Assembly: GCA_903919925.1 (NCBI GenBank)
Contig: CAIXKO010000623.1
Location: 1 to 60,972 of the forward strand
Source of the DNA: an uncultured Bacteroidota bacterium
Lineage (GTDB): Bacteria; Bacteroidota; Bacteroidia; Bacteroidales; UBA12481
Direction of reading: 5' to 3'
DNA length: 60,972 nucleotides
Each line of letters starts with the position of its first letter. Positions within the stretch are counted from its first letter, which is position 1. Below, piece after piece: positions 45,216 to 54,700 of this stretch. A model generated the notes under the pieces. The model saw nothing but the letters and a program-made list of their open reading frames with translations, had not been told where the DNA came from and did not search any database. Position numbers and translations under genes: made by a program.

Positions 45216-45569
45216 ATGAAACATCAGAACCTGCCTTCAATCGATGAACTGAAAAAGAATTTCAAGCCTATCAGAAACATAAATGTTCATCACAAAGAGA
45301 ACTTATCGCCGGTTAAAAAATTAGCCCTTTGGATAACGACACATGTTGGAAGTATGGGCTTCTTTTTTGTTATTTTTTGCGGGACGGTCAGTTGGCTGAG
45401 CTGGAACACTCTTGCTCCAGCAAAAATGAGGTTTGACCCATTTCCTGCCTTTGTCCTTTGGCTGTTTATATCAAACATGATTCAAATATTCCTCATGCCT
45501 TTGATCATGGTTGGTCAGAATCTGCAGTCAACACATTCTGATTTCTTCTATTTGATTTCTTTTATTTAA
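45216..45569 (+). CDS. DUF1003-family membrane protein, apparently 3'-truncated
   Basis: LALWITTHVGSMGFFFVIF...RFDPFPAFVLWLFISNMIQIFLMPLIMVGQNLQS matches the DUF1003 core (FDP.PF.LLN...S......P.IMM.QNRQ). The usual ~50-aa coiled C-terminal part is replaced by THSDFFYLISFI*. Confidence 0.5.
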   Translation: MKHQNLPSIDELKKNFKPIRNINVHHKENLSPVKKLALWITTHVGSMGFFFVIFCGTVSWLSWNTLAPAKMRFDPFPAFVLWLFISNMIQIFLMPLIMVGQNLQSTHSDFFYLISFI

Positions 45570-45620
45570 TTGTGTTTATTTAATAGATTATGTTATTTGA
45601 TCGGTAATTTATGATTTACC

Positions 45621-46079
45621 CTATTTAACGATCACCACCGAATCCCTGCTGTTTACAGCATACTTAATCACATTTCCCCGGTCGCCAACGGCAGATGCAA
45701 CAGAGGTTATATGGTAGGTGCCTGCAGCACGATAAATGACATCCACTGATCCCCTTTTCAATATATTGTCATATGTAAAGCTTAAGCCCTGGTAATTAAC
45801 ATTCGGCGATTCAGAATAGATATGTTTAATATAGATTTTACCTGATTTAATTGAATCTCCCATATAAAATGCATTATATTCCGAAGGGTTCAAACTCACC
45901 ACCTTAATAGTTTGGCCTACTTTTGCGGTGAATGGCCTGGGAAGGTTTTCCCAGGCACCGGTAACCTTATTAAGGATTTGAAGATCATATTCAGCAGCCG
46001 GAGCTTCTATTGTTTCTTTTGAACAAGCGAATGAGGCCAGCCCAATCGCTACCACCAGTAAAATTCCTATATTTTTCAT
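45621..46079 (-). CDS. Small PUL-associated surface lipoprotein (paralogue of 17825..18328)
   Basis: Signal plus lipobox MKNIGILLVVAIGLASFACSKE. MGDSIKSGK and YQGL motifs are shared with the other PUL's lipoprotein. It lies directly downstream of the SusD-like gene. Confidence 0.6.
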   Translation of the reverse strand: MKNIGILLVVAIGLASFACSKETIEAPAAEYDLQILNKVTGAWENLPRPFTAKVGQTIKVVSLNPSEYNAFYMGDSIKSGKIYIKHIYSESPNVNYQGLSFTYDNILKRGSVDVIYRAAGTYHITSVASAVGDRGNVIKYAVNSRDSVVIVK

Positions 46080-46096
46080 TTTTGATTTTTTACCAA

Positions 46097-47767
46097 TTAA
46101 TAACCTGTATTTTGCGTCAGCGTGTTGCTTGATGCTCTTAATTCGGAATCAGGAATAGGCGATAATTTGTGCTTTTCCTCAACCGATACGATATGGCCGT
46201 TCCTGGGCAATCCGCTCTTCGCCGTTTTGCTGATCTGGAAGTTTGGCCCGGCCAAAGCCTGAGCGGCTTCCACAACGCTTTTCCAATTAAATCCGTTCAA
46301 GCCATCATATCTGACCAGGTCATAATACCGATGACCTTCCAAACCCAATTCTACCCGCCTTTCATTTCTGATTTTTTCGCGCAATTCCGATTGCGATCCG
46401 CCTGTGATCTGTACCGGCACTCCCGTCAGCTTGTCTGCAGCATGTTTTGGAGCCGCCGGGGTGTTCCGTGCACGCCCCCTGACCAGTTCCAGCCAGGCTA
46501 ATGCATCAGTCGTTTGATTAACCTCATTTGCAGCTTCAGCGCCAACCAGAATCAGATCGGAATACCGGTAATATTTGATGTTCAGGTAAGGGTTGTCCGG
46601 ACAACCATCCGGGTCGTATTTCCGGAAGTAATATCCAGTTGTGCTGTGATCAAAACAAATCAGCTGGTACTGCTTGCTGTTGAGTTTAAATGCATTGCTC
46701 TCATCCCCCTGTACATAAATGGTCCAGTTTTTTCTGGGGTCGCCTGGCTCAAAAGCATTCACAAAATCCTGGGTCGGCAGGTTCATCCCCCAGCCATATG
46801 CCGATGCCGGTCCCTTGGTCATGGTAGCTGTAAAAGGATATCGCGGTGACTGGGAAATGCTGAACCAGGATGTTTCCATGTTTGTAACGCCAGGAACAGG
46901 GTTCCCCCCTTCAACGATTCCTTCAGTGGAGAAATCACCAGTCGTTTTCCATACCGCATCGTATGTTGGCAGTAATGAAAACTGTTTTGATTCTATTACG
47001 TTTTTTGCCGTTTCATAAGCCTTCTGATAGTATTCCGATGCTTTCGCAGGTTCTGCTGATGCCCTGAATAAATATACTTTGGCAAGAATCGCAAGAGCAG
47101 ACCCTGAGTTCATCCTGCCCTTATCTGCCGGGCTCAGCTGATCGGCCCTGGGTAAAACGCTTGCTGCTTCCAGACAGTCCTTCTCAATCTGATCATAAAC
47201 CAGCAACCTGTCCGACCGGGGCAACAACTTAGTAGATCCGTCGAGTACTAGCGGGAGGTCGCCAAAATCCTTCACCAGTTCGAAATACCAATAGGCCCGC
47301 AAACATTTAGCCTGCCCCACATAATTATTAATGAGAGCCACATCAGCAGGTTTTGCCACCTTTAATGCCTCAGGTCCGGAAACAATAACCGCATTGGCGT
47401 AATGAACGGCTGTGAAACAGGGCCTCCAATAATCCAGGAAGACAGTATTTGTAGAAAAAATATTAAAATCATTGAGCGCATGCCCGGCCACTTCGTCATT
47501 TTCATCTTCTCCACCCGTTTGGGCGTCATCGGTGCGCCAATTTCCAACCATCATCTTCATATACGGATACTCATGCCACCACTGGCCTTCCAGAAATGCA
47601 TAACTGGCATTCAGGGTATACAGCAAACCTTGAGGAGTGCGCCGGAATGTAGCATCGGATTGTGTTGCCGGTTCAATTGGCTTATCGATAAAGTCCTTAC
47701 TGCAACTGGAAATAATTAAGATGAAAAAAAACAGAACCTTGATGAAATATATTTTTGGCGATTTCAT
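46097..47767 (-). CDS. SusD/RagB-family nutrient-binding outer-membrane lipoprotein
   Basis: MKSPKIYFIKVLFFFILIISSCSKDF lipoprotein signal (start moved to ATG 47767). LRAYWYFELVKDFGDLPLV. Ends LTQNTGY. Follows the SusC-like gene. Confidence 0.9.
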   Translation of the reverse strand: MKSPKIYFIKVLFFFILIISSCSKDFIDKPIEPATQSDATFRRTPQGLLYTLNASYAFLEGQWWHEYPYMKMMVGNWRTDDAQTGGEDENDEVAGHALNDFNIFSTNTVFLDYWRPCFTAVHYANAVIVSGPEALKVAKPADVALINNYVGQAKCLRAYWYFELVKDFGDLPLVLDGSTKLLPRSDRLLVYDQIEKDCLEAASVLPRADQLSPADKGRMNSGSALAILAKVYLFRASAEPAKASEYYQKAYETAKNVIESKQFSLLPTYDAVWKTTGDFSTEGIVEGGNPVPGVTNMETSWFSISQSPRYPFTATMTKGPASAYGWGMNLPTQDFVNAFEPGDPRKNWTIYVQGDESNAFKLNSKQYQLICFDHSTTGYYFRKYDPDGCPDNPYLNIKYYRYSDLILVGAEAANEVNQTTDALAWLELVRGRARNTPAAPKHAADKLTGVPVQITGGSQSELREKIRNERRVELGLEGHRYYDLVRYDGLNGFNWKSVVEAAQALAGPNFQISKTAKSGLPRNGHIVSVEEKHKLSPIPDSELRASSNTLTQNTGY

Positions 47768-47806
47768 TTTTTGTAATTTTAATTGATCAAACATGATTAA
47801 ACAGAA

Positions 47807-50800
47807 TTAAAAAGAGATATTAATTCCTCCAAGAATCATTCTCGGCTGTGGATAAACACCGCCATCCACACCAAAATCCAACGGACTCGCATTCCAGCCG
47901 GTGGATTGGCCGATTTCAGGATCGTAACCGTTATACTTCGTAAATGTAAATAGGTTCTGAACGGTAATATAAATTCGAAGCTTCGATATTTTAACTTTCT
48001 GTATAATATTGTTGTTCACGGAATAACCAATCGTAATAGCCTTTACTCTGAAGTAGGAACCATCCTTTAGCGATAAGTCGGAAAAATATCTGTTTTGCAT
48101 ATTCTTGCCGATCGCCGGTATATTTGTATTGGTGATTTTTGTTCCATCCGGAAGAATCCTTCCCCAATAATTGAGCATATCCGTGCTTAAATTCCCGGAC
48201 ATACTTAAATCCCTTAAAACATTTTGACCTAATGAATTATAAATATCGTTTCCGTGAACTCCGTTAGTAAAAATATTTAAATCAAAGTCTTTATAGAAAA
48301 AATTGAGTGTAAACCCATAATTAAAATCGGGAAAGGCGTTCCCGATATACGTTTGGTCCTTATTGTCAATTTTACCATCTTTATTCAGGTCTGCGTATTT
48401 AATATCACCGGGTGCAGTAAACTTGTACTGGAAAGCATGATTGGCAATATCGGCTGAGTCCTTGAAAATACCTTCTGATTTATATCCATAAAATGTTCCT
48501 AACGCAATCCCTTCCTTAATTACCGTGCTATTGCCGATTACGGGAGGCTGACCGCCATCCAGGGAAACTACCTTATTAATATTCCGGGCAATATTTCCGA
48601 TAATCTCAAACTTAAATTCACCCTCATAATTCCGGTAACCGGCTGAAAACTCAATGCCCTTATTGTTTACTTCGCCGAGATTGGTATACACGTTTCCAAA
48701 GAGATCATCCAATTTCCCAAAATAGGCAGGCAATTGTTTTCTCATCAATAAATCCATGGTCTTCTTATTGTACACATCAATACTCATGTTGAATTTACCG
48801 GTCCATGCAGCCATATCAATACCCAGGTTTGTAGTTACGTTGGTTTCCCAGCCAATGTCAGGATTGGCAAGGGTGTAATCGACATAATAGGGAATCGCGG
48901 TTTTCGGAAGGCCCATAACGGTTTGAAGGGCATACCGGCCTTGATCGGGCCTGTTGGATACGGAACCATTATAAGCATAAGGCACAATATTCTGGTTACC
49001 TACTTTCCCCCAGCCCAGGCGGATCTTCATAAAGTTTATTCCACTCAGTAATGGAACCGATTTAAAAAATTTCTCTTCTGATATTTTCCATGCTGCTGAC
49101 CAGGATGGGAAGATTCCATATTTTTTATTTTTCCCGAAGCGTGACGATCCATCCCGGCGAATGGAAGCTGTTAACAAATATTTATCGGCAAAGGAATAGT
49201 TTAACCGGCCAAGTTGCGAAACCAGCGCCCACTCCCTGGCACCGCCTCCAACATCCAAAACATCAGCCAGGCCGTTTTTAGCACTTGCATACCACATATC
49301 CGGATCATCGGTGGGCAGTATCACGGTGGAAATAGCATACTCTTTGATTTCATACTGAGCAGTATAGCCCGCCAAAAAATCAAGTTTGTGTTTCCCGGCA
49401 GAAACGCTGTATGATAATGTATTCTCCAGCAACCAGTTGTTCCACGATTCATTTTCCGTTGTCAGGGTATTGAACTGATTACTTTCGGGCCCGGCAATGA
49501 AAAAAGCCGGCTTGAAATCAATCCTTTTACCCCAGGAGCGATCGAGTCCCCCATTGAACCGGTACTTAAGATTTTTTAAAAACTCTATTTCGGTGTAAAA
49601 GGATCCTTGAAAACGGATGGTGTTATAACTGTAATTGTTCCTGTCAACAACACCTTTTGGATTGCCTGCGGAACGGGAAAGGTAGGACCAGTTTCCGGTA
49701 GTATCGTATACCGGCATGGTGGGATCGGATCTCAATGCCTGGAAAATAACTCCACCATTACCTTCCGTCTGACGGTCGCGGTTGGATTGCATCAGCGTGA
49801 TGGATTCACCGATCTTGAGCCATTTGTTGATTTTATTATCAGAATTTAATCTCACCGATTGCCTGTTGAATCCTGATCGGTTAACTATTCCATCCTGATT
49901 GAAATTATTTACGCTAAAATAAAAAGTATTATCCCCTTTACCACCCGATATGCTAACCTGGTTATTGTAAACCATTGCTTTTCGGGTAATTTCATTCATC
50001 CAATTGGTTGTTTTCAGGGATGGGATGGCAGTAGAATCGAACAAATTATCTGCTTTAACCTCGTTCCATAAGGTGGCAAATTCCTGTGCATTTAACATGG
50101 GCATCTCACGGGGAAGCGATTGCTGGCCGATATAATTATCGATATCAACCCGCATGTCCCCGCTCTTTCCACGCCTGGTGGTGATCAAAATAACACCGTT
50201 CGCTCCTCTGGTTCCATAAATAGCTGCCGAAGAAGCATCTTTTAACACCTGAATCGATTCGATATCATTTGGATTCAGGTAATTGATACCGGCCGGGTTA
50301 TCTTCCTTCCCAAAGCTTCCGTCTTTAATAGGCATTCCATCAACAACATACAGAGGGTCGGCATTCCCAAATGTCCCGATTCCACGAACTTTAATCGAAA
50401 CCGTTGATCCGGGTGCCCCTCCGTTATTGGTAACCACCACGCCAGGCGCTCTGCCCTGCAATGCCTGATCGGCACTTAAAACGGAGCCTGCCTTCATCTC
50501 CTCGGCCGTAACGGAAGCAACCGATCCGGTTAAATCTGTTTTCTTTTTAGTACCATAACCTACCACAACAACTTCATCCAGTGCAGTTAAGGCTTCCTCC
50601 ATTTTTATGTCGATAACGGACTTTCCCTGCACCAACCTCTCTATTGGTTTGTAGCCGATAAAGGAAAACGCCAGCGTGGGATTTGCTCCCGTTGGCCTGA
50701 TGGAGTATTTACCATTTATATCGGTGGTGGTTCCTATGGTGGTCCCTTTAACAATAACGGTAACTCCTATGGCCGGGGAACCATCAGGGGCTGTTACCTT

Positions 50801-50911
50801 TCCGGTCACCACAGTTTGGGAAAACAAAGCTCCCGCGCCGGAAATAAAGAGCACGATAAGAACAAGGACAGTTTTAAGTATTCGATTCTTCATAACAAAT
50901 AGAGATTTCAC
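47807..50911 (-). CDS. SusC/RagA-family TonB-dependent outer-membrane transporter
   Basis: GKVTAPDGSPAIGVTVIVKGT, YGTKKKTDLTGSVASVTAEEM, ALQGRAPGVVV, PLYVVDGMP. Barrel terminus ILGGINISF. Alternative start at ATG 50893. Confidence 0.92.
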   Translation of the reverse strand: MKSLFVMKNRILKTVLVLIVLFISGAGALFSQTVVTGKVTAPDGSPAIGVTVIVKGTTIGTTTDINGKYSIRPTGANPTLAFSFIGYKPIERLVQGKSVIDIKMEEALTALDEVVVVGYGTKKKTDLTGSVASVTAEEMKAGSVLSADQALQGRAPGVVVTNNGGAPGSTVSIKVRGIGTFGNADPLYVVDGMPIKDGSFGKEDNPAGINYLNPNDIESIQVLKDASSAAIYGTRGANGVILITTRRGKSGDMRVDIDNYIGQQSLPREMPMLNAQEFATLWNEVKADNLFDSTAIPSLKTTNWMNEITRKAMVYNNQVSISGGKGDNTFYFSVNNFNQDGIVNRSGFNRQSVRLNSDNKINKWLKIGESITLMQSNRDRQTEGNGGVIFQALRSDPTMPVYDTTGNWSYLSRSAGNPKGVVDRNNYSYNTIRFQGSFYTEIEFLKNLKYRFNGGLDRSWGKRIDFKPAFFIAGPESNQFNTLTTENESWNNWLLENTLSYSVSAGKHKLDFLAGYTAQYEIKEYAISTVILPTDDPDMWYASAKNGLADVLDVGGGAREWALVSQLGRLNYSFADKYLLTASIRRDGSSRFGKNKKYGIFPSWSAAWKISEEKFFKSVPLLSGINFMKIRLGWGKVGNQNIVPYAYNGSVSNRPDQGRYALQTVMGLPKTAIPYYVDYTLANPDIGWETNVTTNLGIDMAAWTGKFNMSIDVYNKKTMDLLMRKQLPAYFGKLDDLFGNVYTNLGEVNNKGIEFSAGYRNYEGEFKFEIIGNIARNINKVVSLDGGQPPVIGNSTVIKEGIALGTFYGYKSEGIFKDSADIANHAFQYKFTAPGDIKYADLNKDGKIDNKDQTYIGNAFPDFNYGFTLNFFYKDFDLNIFTNGVHGNDIYNSLGQNVLRDLSMSGNLSTDMLNYWGRILPDGTKITNTNIPAIGKNMQNRYFSDLSLKDGSYFRVKAITIGYSVNNNIIQKVKISKLRIYITVQNLFTFTKYNGYDPEIGQSTGWNASPLDFGVDGGVYPQPRMILGGINISF

Positions 50912-51023
50912 TTCAATTGGGAATACAAGGCTTTGGTTAATTTAGGGCGGTGAAAAGTATGAATCGGCCGGCAAAGCAGATGGTAAAATGCTTGACGGTT
51001 GGGGTAAAATTCCTTATGCTGTT

Positions 51024-51147
51024 AAAAAGCCCCAGACTAAAGTCCGGGGTTAATAATGAGGCAAAAGTAAGCTATAATACAAATAGTTACCCTGATTAAT
51101 CGATGTTAGGATAGTCACTGGGCTTCCGGACTGAAGTCCGGGATTGA
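51024..51147 (+). repeat. ~125-bp double-hairpin element, left copy flanking the Y1 transposase
   Basis: Hairpin 1 is ccccagactaaagtccgggg (51030-51049). The central conserved box is gattaatcgatg. Hairpin 2 is ccggac-tgaa-gtccgg (51126-51141). It ends 7 nt before the transposase stop. Confidence 0.85.
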
Positions 51148-51153
51148 CCAGGT

Positions 51154-51600
51154 CTATCGATCCTGTCTGAATGGACTGAGCAACCGGGTGATCATCGCCT
51201 GGTATTTCCTTTCTTCCTGGGCCCAGGTAATGTTATGATGATGAATCTCCTGATTTTGAATATATTGCCGGACTGTTGGCAGCATTTTTATACTCACTGA
51301 TGAAGCATAATACTCTACCGCCCAGCGAAATTTTTGATCGCTGTGGACATTGCGGTTAATCCAATAGCTCGATTCTCCTTTTACCAGTTTTATTGCTGTT
51401 GACAGTGCCTGATCCGGATTCAGCGAAATCAGGCAGTGAAAATGGTCTTGATATGCATTCAGGTGATCCATCCAAATTCCCTGATCAAAGGCATTGGTCA
51501 ATATATGACCTAATATATCCTTGGTGTTCAAATCATTAAAATAACTGATCCTGTTTTTCGTTCCCCACACGCAATGAAGAAAATTACTAACGTATGCCAT
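51154..51600 (-). CDS. IS200/IS605-type Y1 (HUH) transposase, RAYT-like
   Basis: FLHCVWGTKNR..., HUH motif DHFHCLISL, KLVKGESSYWINR, FRWAVEYYASSVS, YIQNQEIHHHNITW. These are colinear with Y1_Tnp (IS200-like) proteins. I moved the start to ATG 51600 (MAYVSNF...), giving 148 aa. Confidence 0.85.
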   Translation of the reverse strand: MAYVSNFLHCVWGTKNRISYFNDLNTKDILGHILTNAFDQGIWMDHLNAYQDHFHCLISLNPDQALSTAIKLVKGESSYWINRNVHSDQKFRWAVEYYASSVSIKMLPTVRQYIQNQEIHHHNITWAQEERKYQAMITRLLSPFRQDR

Positions 51601-51747
51601 AATTCTGTTGTTTATAAGAATATAGATGCATATTCTTCTGCCAAAAGGAAAAATCACTTGTAATTTTCACAGGTCTCCATCGATCGGTTCACCAGCTTCA
51701 AGAGCAGCGGTGCTTGCTATTCACCCGAAACAAGCTGATTCGGAGCG

Positions 51748-51871
51748 TCCTTTCCGGACTTCAGTCCGGAAGACCAGGAGCCTGCCAACCATCGATTAAT
51801 CGGGTTATTTATTTGTACCACCGCCTGCTTTCGGCTCTTTATTAACCCCAGACTTCAGTCTGGGGTTTTTT
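51748..51871 (-). repeat. ~125-bp double-hairpin element, right copy (inverted)
   Basis: tccggacttcagtccgga (51753-51770), atcgattaatc, ccccagacttcagtctgggg (51846-51865) + tttttt. Its reverse complement aligns base-for-base with 51024-51147 at roughly 77% identity (hand alignment, 96 of 124). Confidence 0.85.
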
Positions 51872-51907
51872 CACCATATCAGCCTCCTGACCAGCAGCTT
51901 TCCAGGT

Positions 51908-54682
51908 TTACTCAATCATCAGTTTCTTATACACCACCCCGCCGTTAAACTGTATTGAGATAATATACAGTCCTTTGGGATATTGCTCAACCGACCATTC
52001 CATCTTATCGTCTCGCCATTCACACAGCTTCAGTATTTTTCCGCTGATGTCAGACATCTTAACCGTGGTGTGCTGATCAGTCCAGTCAGAGCGTTCGATA
52101 GTAACGGTTCCATTTGTTGGGTTTGGGTACACATTTACTGACAAATCAGGCTCCTTCTCCGTTTCGATCCCGGAAGCCGCAAACACCGATACCTTTATTT
52201 CGTCATATCCCATACAACCTGCATTGGAGGTAGCTGCTATTTCATACCGATAGATTCCGGTTTTTAATTTACTGATCTTTAATTTATTAGTGTTTGTATT
52301 TGTCAAAGTTGATGCCACACCTGTTGTTTGCCGCCACCTATAAGAAGCGATCCCGGAGCTGGCCTCGGCCGTTGCCGTAATTTCCAGACTATCAACCGGC
52401 AGCTGAATCTTAATATCGGCACCGGCATTTGCTTTTACAATATCGGAGCAGGGACTTACTGAAACCTTAACGTTGGCATTGTATGGTATTTCATTGTTGG
52501 TGAGAGCAGTAACATTTAAAAGATATTCTCCTAACTCGAGTTTAGTTACTTTCAGCGTATCGGTATCGGCATTGGATAAAACAACAGTATTCTTACCTTC
52601 TAAAACTTTCCAACGATATGATTTAATGCCTGACGGATCGGTCGCCTTAACAACCAAATCGATTGAATTGGTTGGTAAATTGATTGATTGATCCGGGCTG
52701 ACCTGAATAGTTGCAGCGGTTTTTGTAAAATTCATCCAGTTCAGGTTATACCCGCTCTTTATGGTGGTAAAACGCAAGGTATGCCTTCCCTTTGGCAGGA
52801 CCGTATTGGTATAAACCGATTTAAAAATCTGCCATCCACCGGTTTCCGGTGCTTCAAAAACAGGACTGATCTGTGCCCCGTCAATCAAAAGCTTCCCCTT
52901 ACCGCCAGCACCGGTATCTCCGGCCACGCGCAATTCAATCAGGTACATACCATCCTGATCAATATTAACTACATAATCCATCCATGAACTAATGGCCATC
53001 CATCCTGTATTGAGGCCTCCACCTTCATCGAAACACTGTTCCGTCCCGATATTGAACATGGCAGAGAAATCTTCAGCTTCAATTTTGCCTGGTATCTGGT
53101 GAAGTTTTGTTAAAACAACCTGTATGTCTTTGCAGGAATAGTACCCTGCATCATCCCAGGCGTGCAACCGAAGCCAGTAAATGCCGTTTTTCATCGCGGA
53201 CAAAGTGATGGAGGGTCCGTTCGGAGTCAGGACTGCATCGCCGGTAGTTTTTCTTAGCACCCATTGGTACTTCACTATGGACCTCACGGGACTGGAAACA
53301 ATTGCATTTATGGTGACACTGTTGGCAGGCTCGAAAATTGTGGTATCCCTCACTGCAATAACCGGCTCCCTGAAATCAACGGGGGAGAAATTCCACATTA
53401 CACCTCTCGCTTTCAGATCGGCCAGAATAGGCGGGAGGAAAACATCATACCGGGTTGAATTGTGGGTAGTCCAGGCAAACCAGCTGATCTCCTCCTTTTC
53501 CAATCCTTCGATTTCATAAAAATTGGCTCTGTCGGTAGTGGGCCATAACGTTTCACCGAGTCCCTTTTCCGGCCAGAATTCCGTTTCAATCACCGGGTAT
53601 TTTGCTCTCAAAGCCTGTATTTCGGTTGGCTGACAATCGCCATATCCATGATAGCTTATCGACGCTTTGGTCCAATCGATGGTGGTTTGTGCATTCAAAT
53701 CATCAGCAAGGTTCAGCATGTTCCCGCATGAAATCATGAAAGCAAATAACACAATATGGGTATCAGGTGCCTGGGAGCGCATGACCTGGTACCACTTCTT
53801 AATGTCCTGTACAACAGGGTAGCCGTAGGGATTGATATAAAATGGCTCGTTTTGCATTTCATAAAATACATGGGTCCGATCCTTGTATCTCCTGGCCAGG
53901 ATACTCCACCACTGCTCCAGATTTTCTTTACGGAAATTCAGAACTTCCGTTGAAGGATTCTGATAATAACTGATGTTCCCTCCTTCAATCATAATTTGCA
54001 AACCGTAAACGGATGCCAGGTTAACGATGGAATCCATATAAGATAAGCTCACGGCAACTTCAGTGGAATCATTCACATCAGTGTAGCTGCCGCCAATATT
54101 GGTATTGTCCCACCATACCTTAACCGCATTAAAGCCCATATTCCGAAGATTTTTATTGAAGGCCGCATTGTTAAAAAACTCATCAAGCGGATCTTTATAA
54201 CCTGCTTGCCAGAACCCTCTTAACCGATCGCCATCCTGAGTGGTCAGAGTGGATCCATTAGCAAATCCGGTAACCTTAACCCGTGCCGGATCGGTAGCCA
54301 GAGCCGGAAGAACAGCAATGTGTGTTGCAGTCACCTTCACTTCATCGGAACCGGTAAGTCCCTGGTTATCCGTAACCGAATAACGTAACAAATACACACC
54401 TTCGGAAAGGTTACTTAAGGTCACCAAACTGTCAGCACCTGCCGAAGTCAAAGTTGCTGAACCTGATATCAGCTCCCACTTTCTGGAAGTAATCACTCCG
54501 TCATCAGAATAGCTGCCGGTGAGGGTGATTCTGTTAAAAGGCAGATAAACAACCCTGTCTTTGCCGGCAATGGCAATTGGTCCTGTATTTTCATTGGCAA
54601 AAGAGCACAGGGGAAAAAGAACCAAAATGAGCCACATAACAGCGACAACAGATTTCCCAATATAATTTCTAAAACCTTCCAT
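51908..54682 (-). CDS. Secreted GH5-like (clan GH-A) glycoside hydrolase with PKD-like domains, CBM6 and T9SS CTD
   Basis: Catalytic region with THVFYEMQNEPFY (acid/base NEP) and YPVIETEFWPE (nucleophile-like). PKD-like repeats (e.g. IAIAGKDRVVYLP...ITLTGSYSDDGVITSRKWELISG). CBM6-like IPGKIEAEDFSAM...GWMAISSWMDYVVN...LRFTTIKSGYNLNWMNF. Tail VNVYPNPTNGTVTIE...GLYIISIQFNGGVVYKKLMIE. Confidence 0.6.
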   Translation of the reverse strand: MEGFRNYIGKSVVAVMWLILVLFPLCSFANENTGPIAIAGKDRVVYLPFNRITLTGSYSDDGVITSRKWELISGSATLTSAGADSLVTLSNLSEGVYLLRYSVTDNQGLTGSDEVKVTATHIAVLPALATDPARVKVTGFANGSTLTTQDGDRLRGFWQAGYKDPLDEFFNNAAFNKNLRNMGFNAVKVWWDNTNIGGSYTDVNDSTEVAVSLSYMDSIVNLASVYGLQIMIEGGNISYYQNPSTEVLNFRKENLEQWWSILARRYKDRTHVFYEMQNEPFYINPYGYPVVQDIKKWYQVMRSQAPDTHIVLFAFMISCGNMLNLADDLNAQTTIDWTKASISYHGYGDCQPTEIQALRAKYPVIETEFWPEKGLGETLWPTTDRANFYEIEGLEKEEISWFAWTTHNSTRYDVFLPPILADLKARGVMWNFSPVDFREPVIAVRDTTIFEPANSVTINAIVSSPVRSIVKYQWVLRKTTGDAVLTPNGPSITLSAMKNGIYWLRLHAWDDAGYYSCKDIQVVLTKLHQIPGKIEAEDFSAMFNIGTEQCFDEGGGLNTGWMAISSWMDYVVNIDQDGMYLIELRVAGDTGAGGKGKLLIDGAQISPVFEAPETGGWQIFKSVYTNTVLPKGRHTLRFTTIKSGYNLNWMNFTKTAATIQVSPDQSINLPTNSIDLVVKATDPSGIKSYRWKVLEGKNTVVLSNADTDTLKVTKLELGEYLLNVTALTNNEIPYNANVKVSVSPCSDIVKANAGADIKIQLPVDSLEITATAEASSGIASYRWRQTTGVASTLTNTNTNKLKISKLKTGIYRYEIAATSNAGCMGYDEIKVSVFAASGIETEKEPDLSVNVYPNPTNGTVTIERSDWTDQHTTVKMSDISGKILKLCEWRDDKMEWSVEQYPKGLYIISIQFNGGVVYKKLMIE

Positions 54683-54700
54683 AACTTTTCAATCAAACAA

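Larger units (their letters stand above)
51024..51871 (-). mobile_element. RAYT-type unit: Y1 transposase bracketed by inverted REP-doublet-like elements
   Basis: It combines the three features above. The architecture is a single HUH gene between inverted palindromic elements. That matches REP-associated tyrosine transposases rather than canonical IS200, which lacks inverted ends. Confidence 0.65.
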
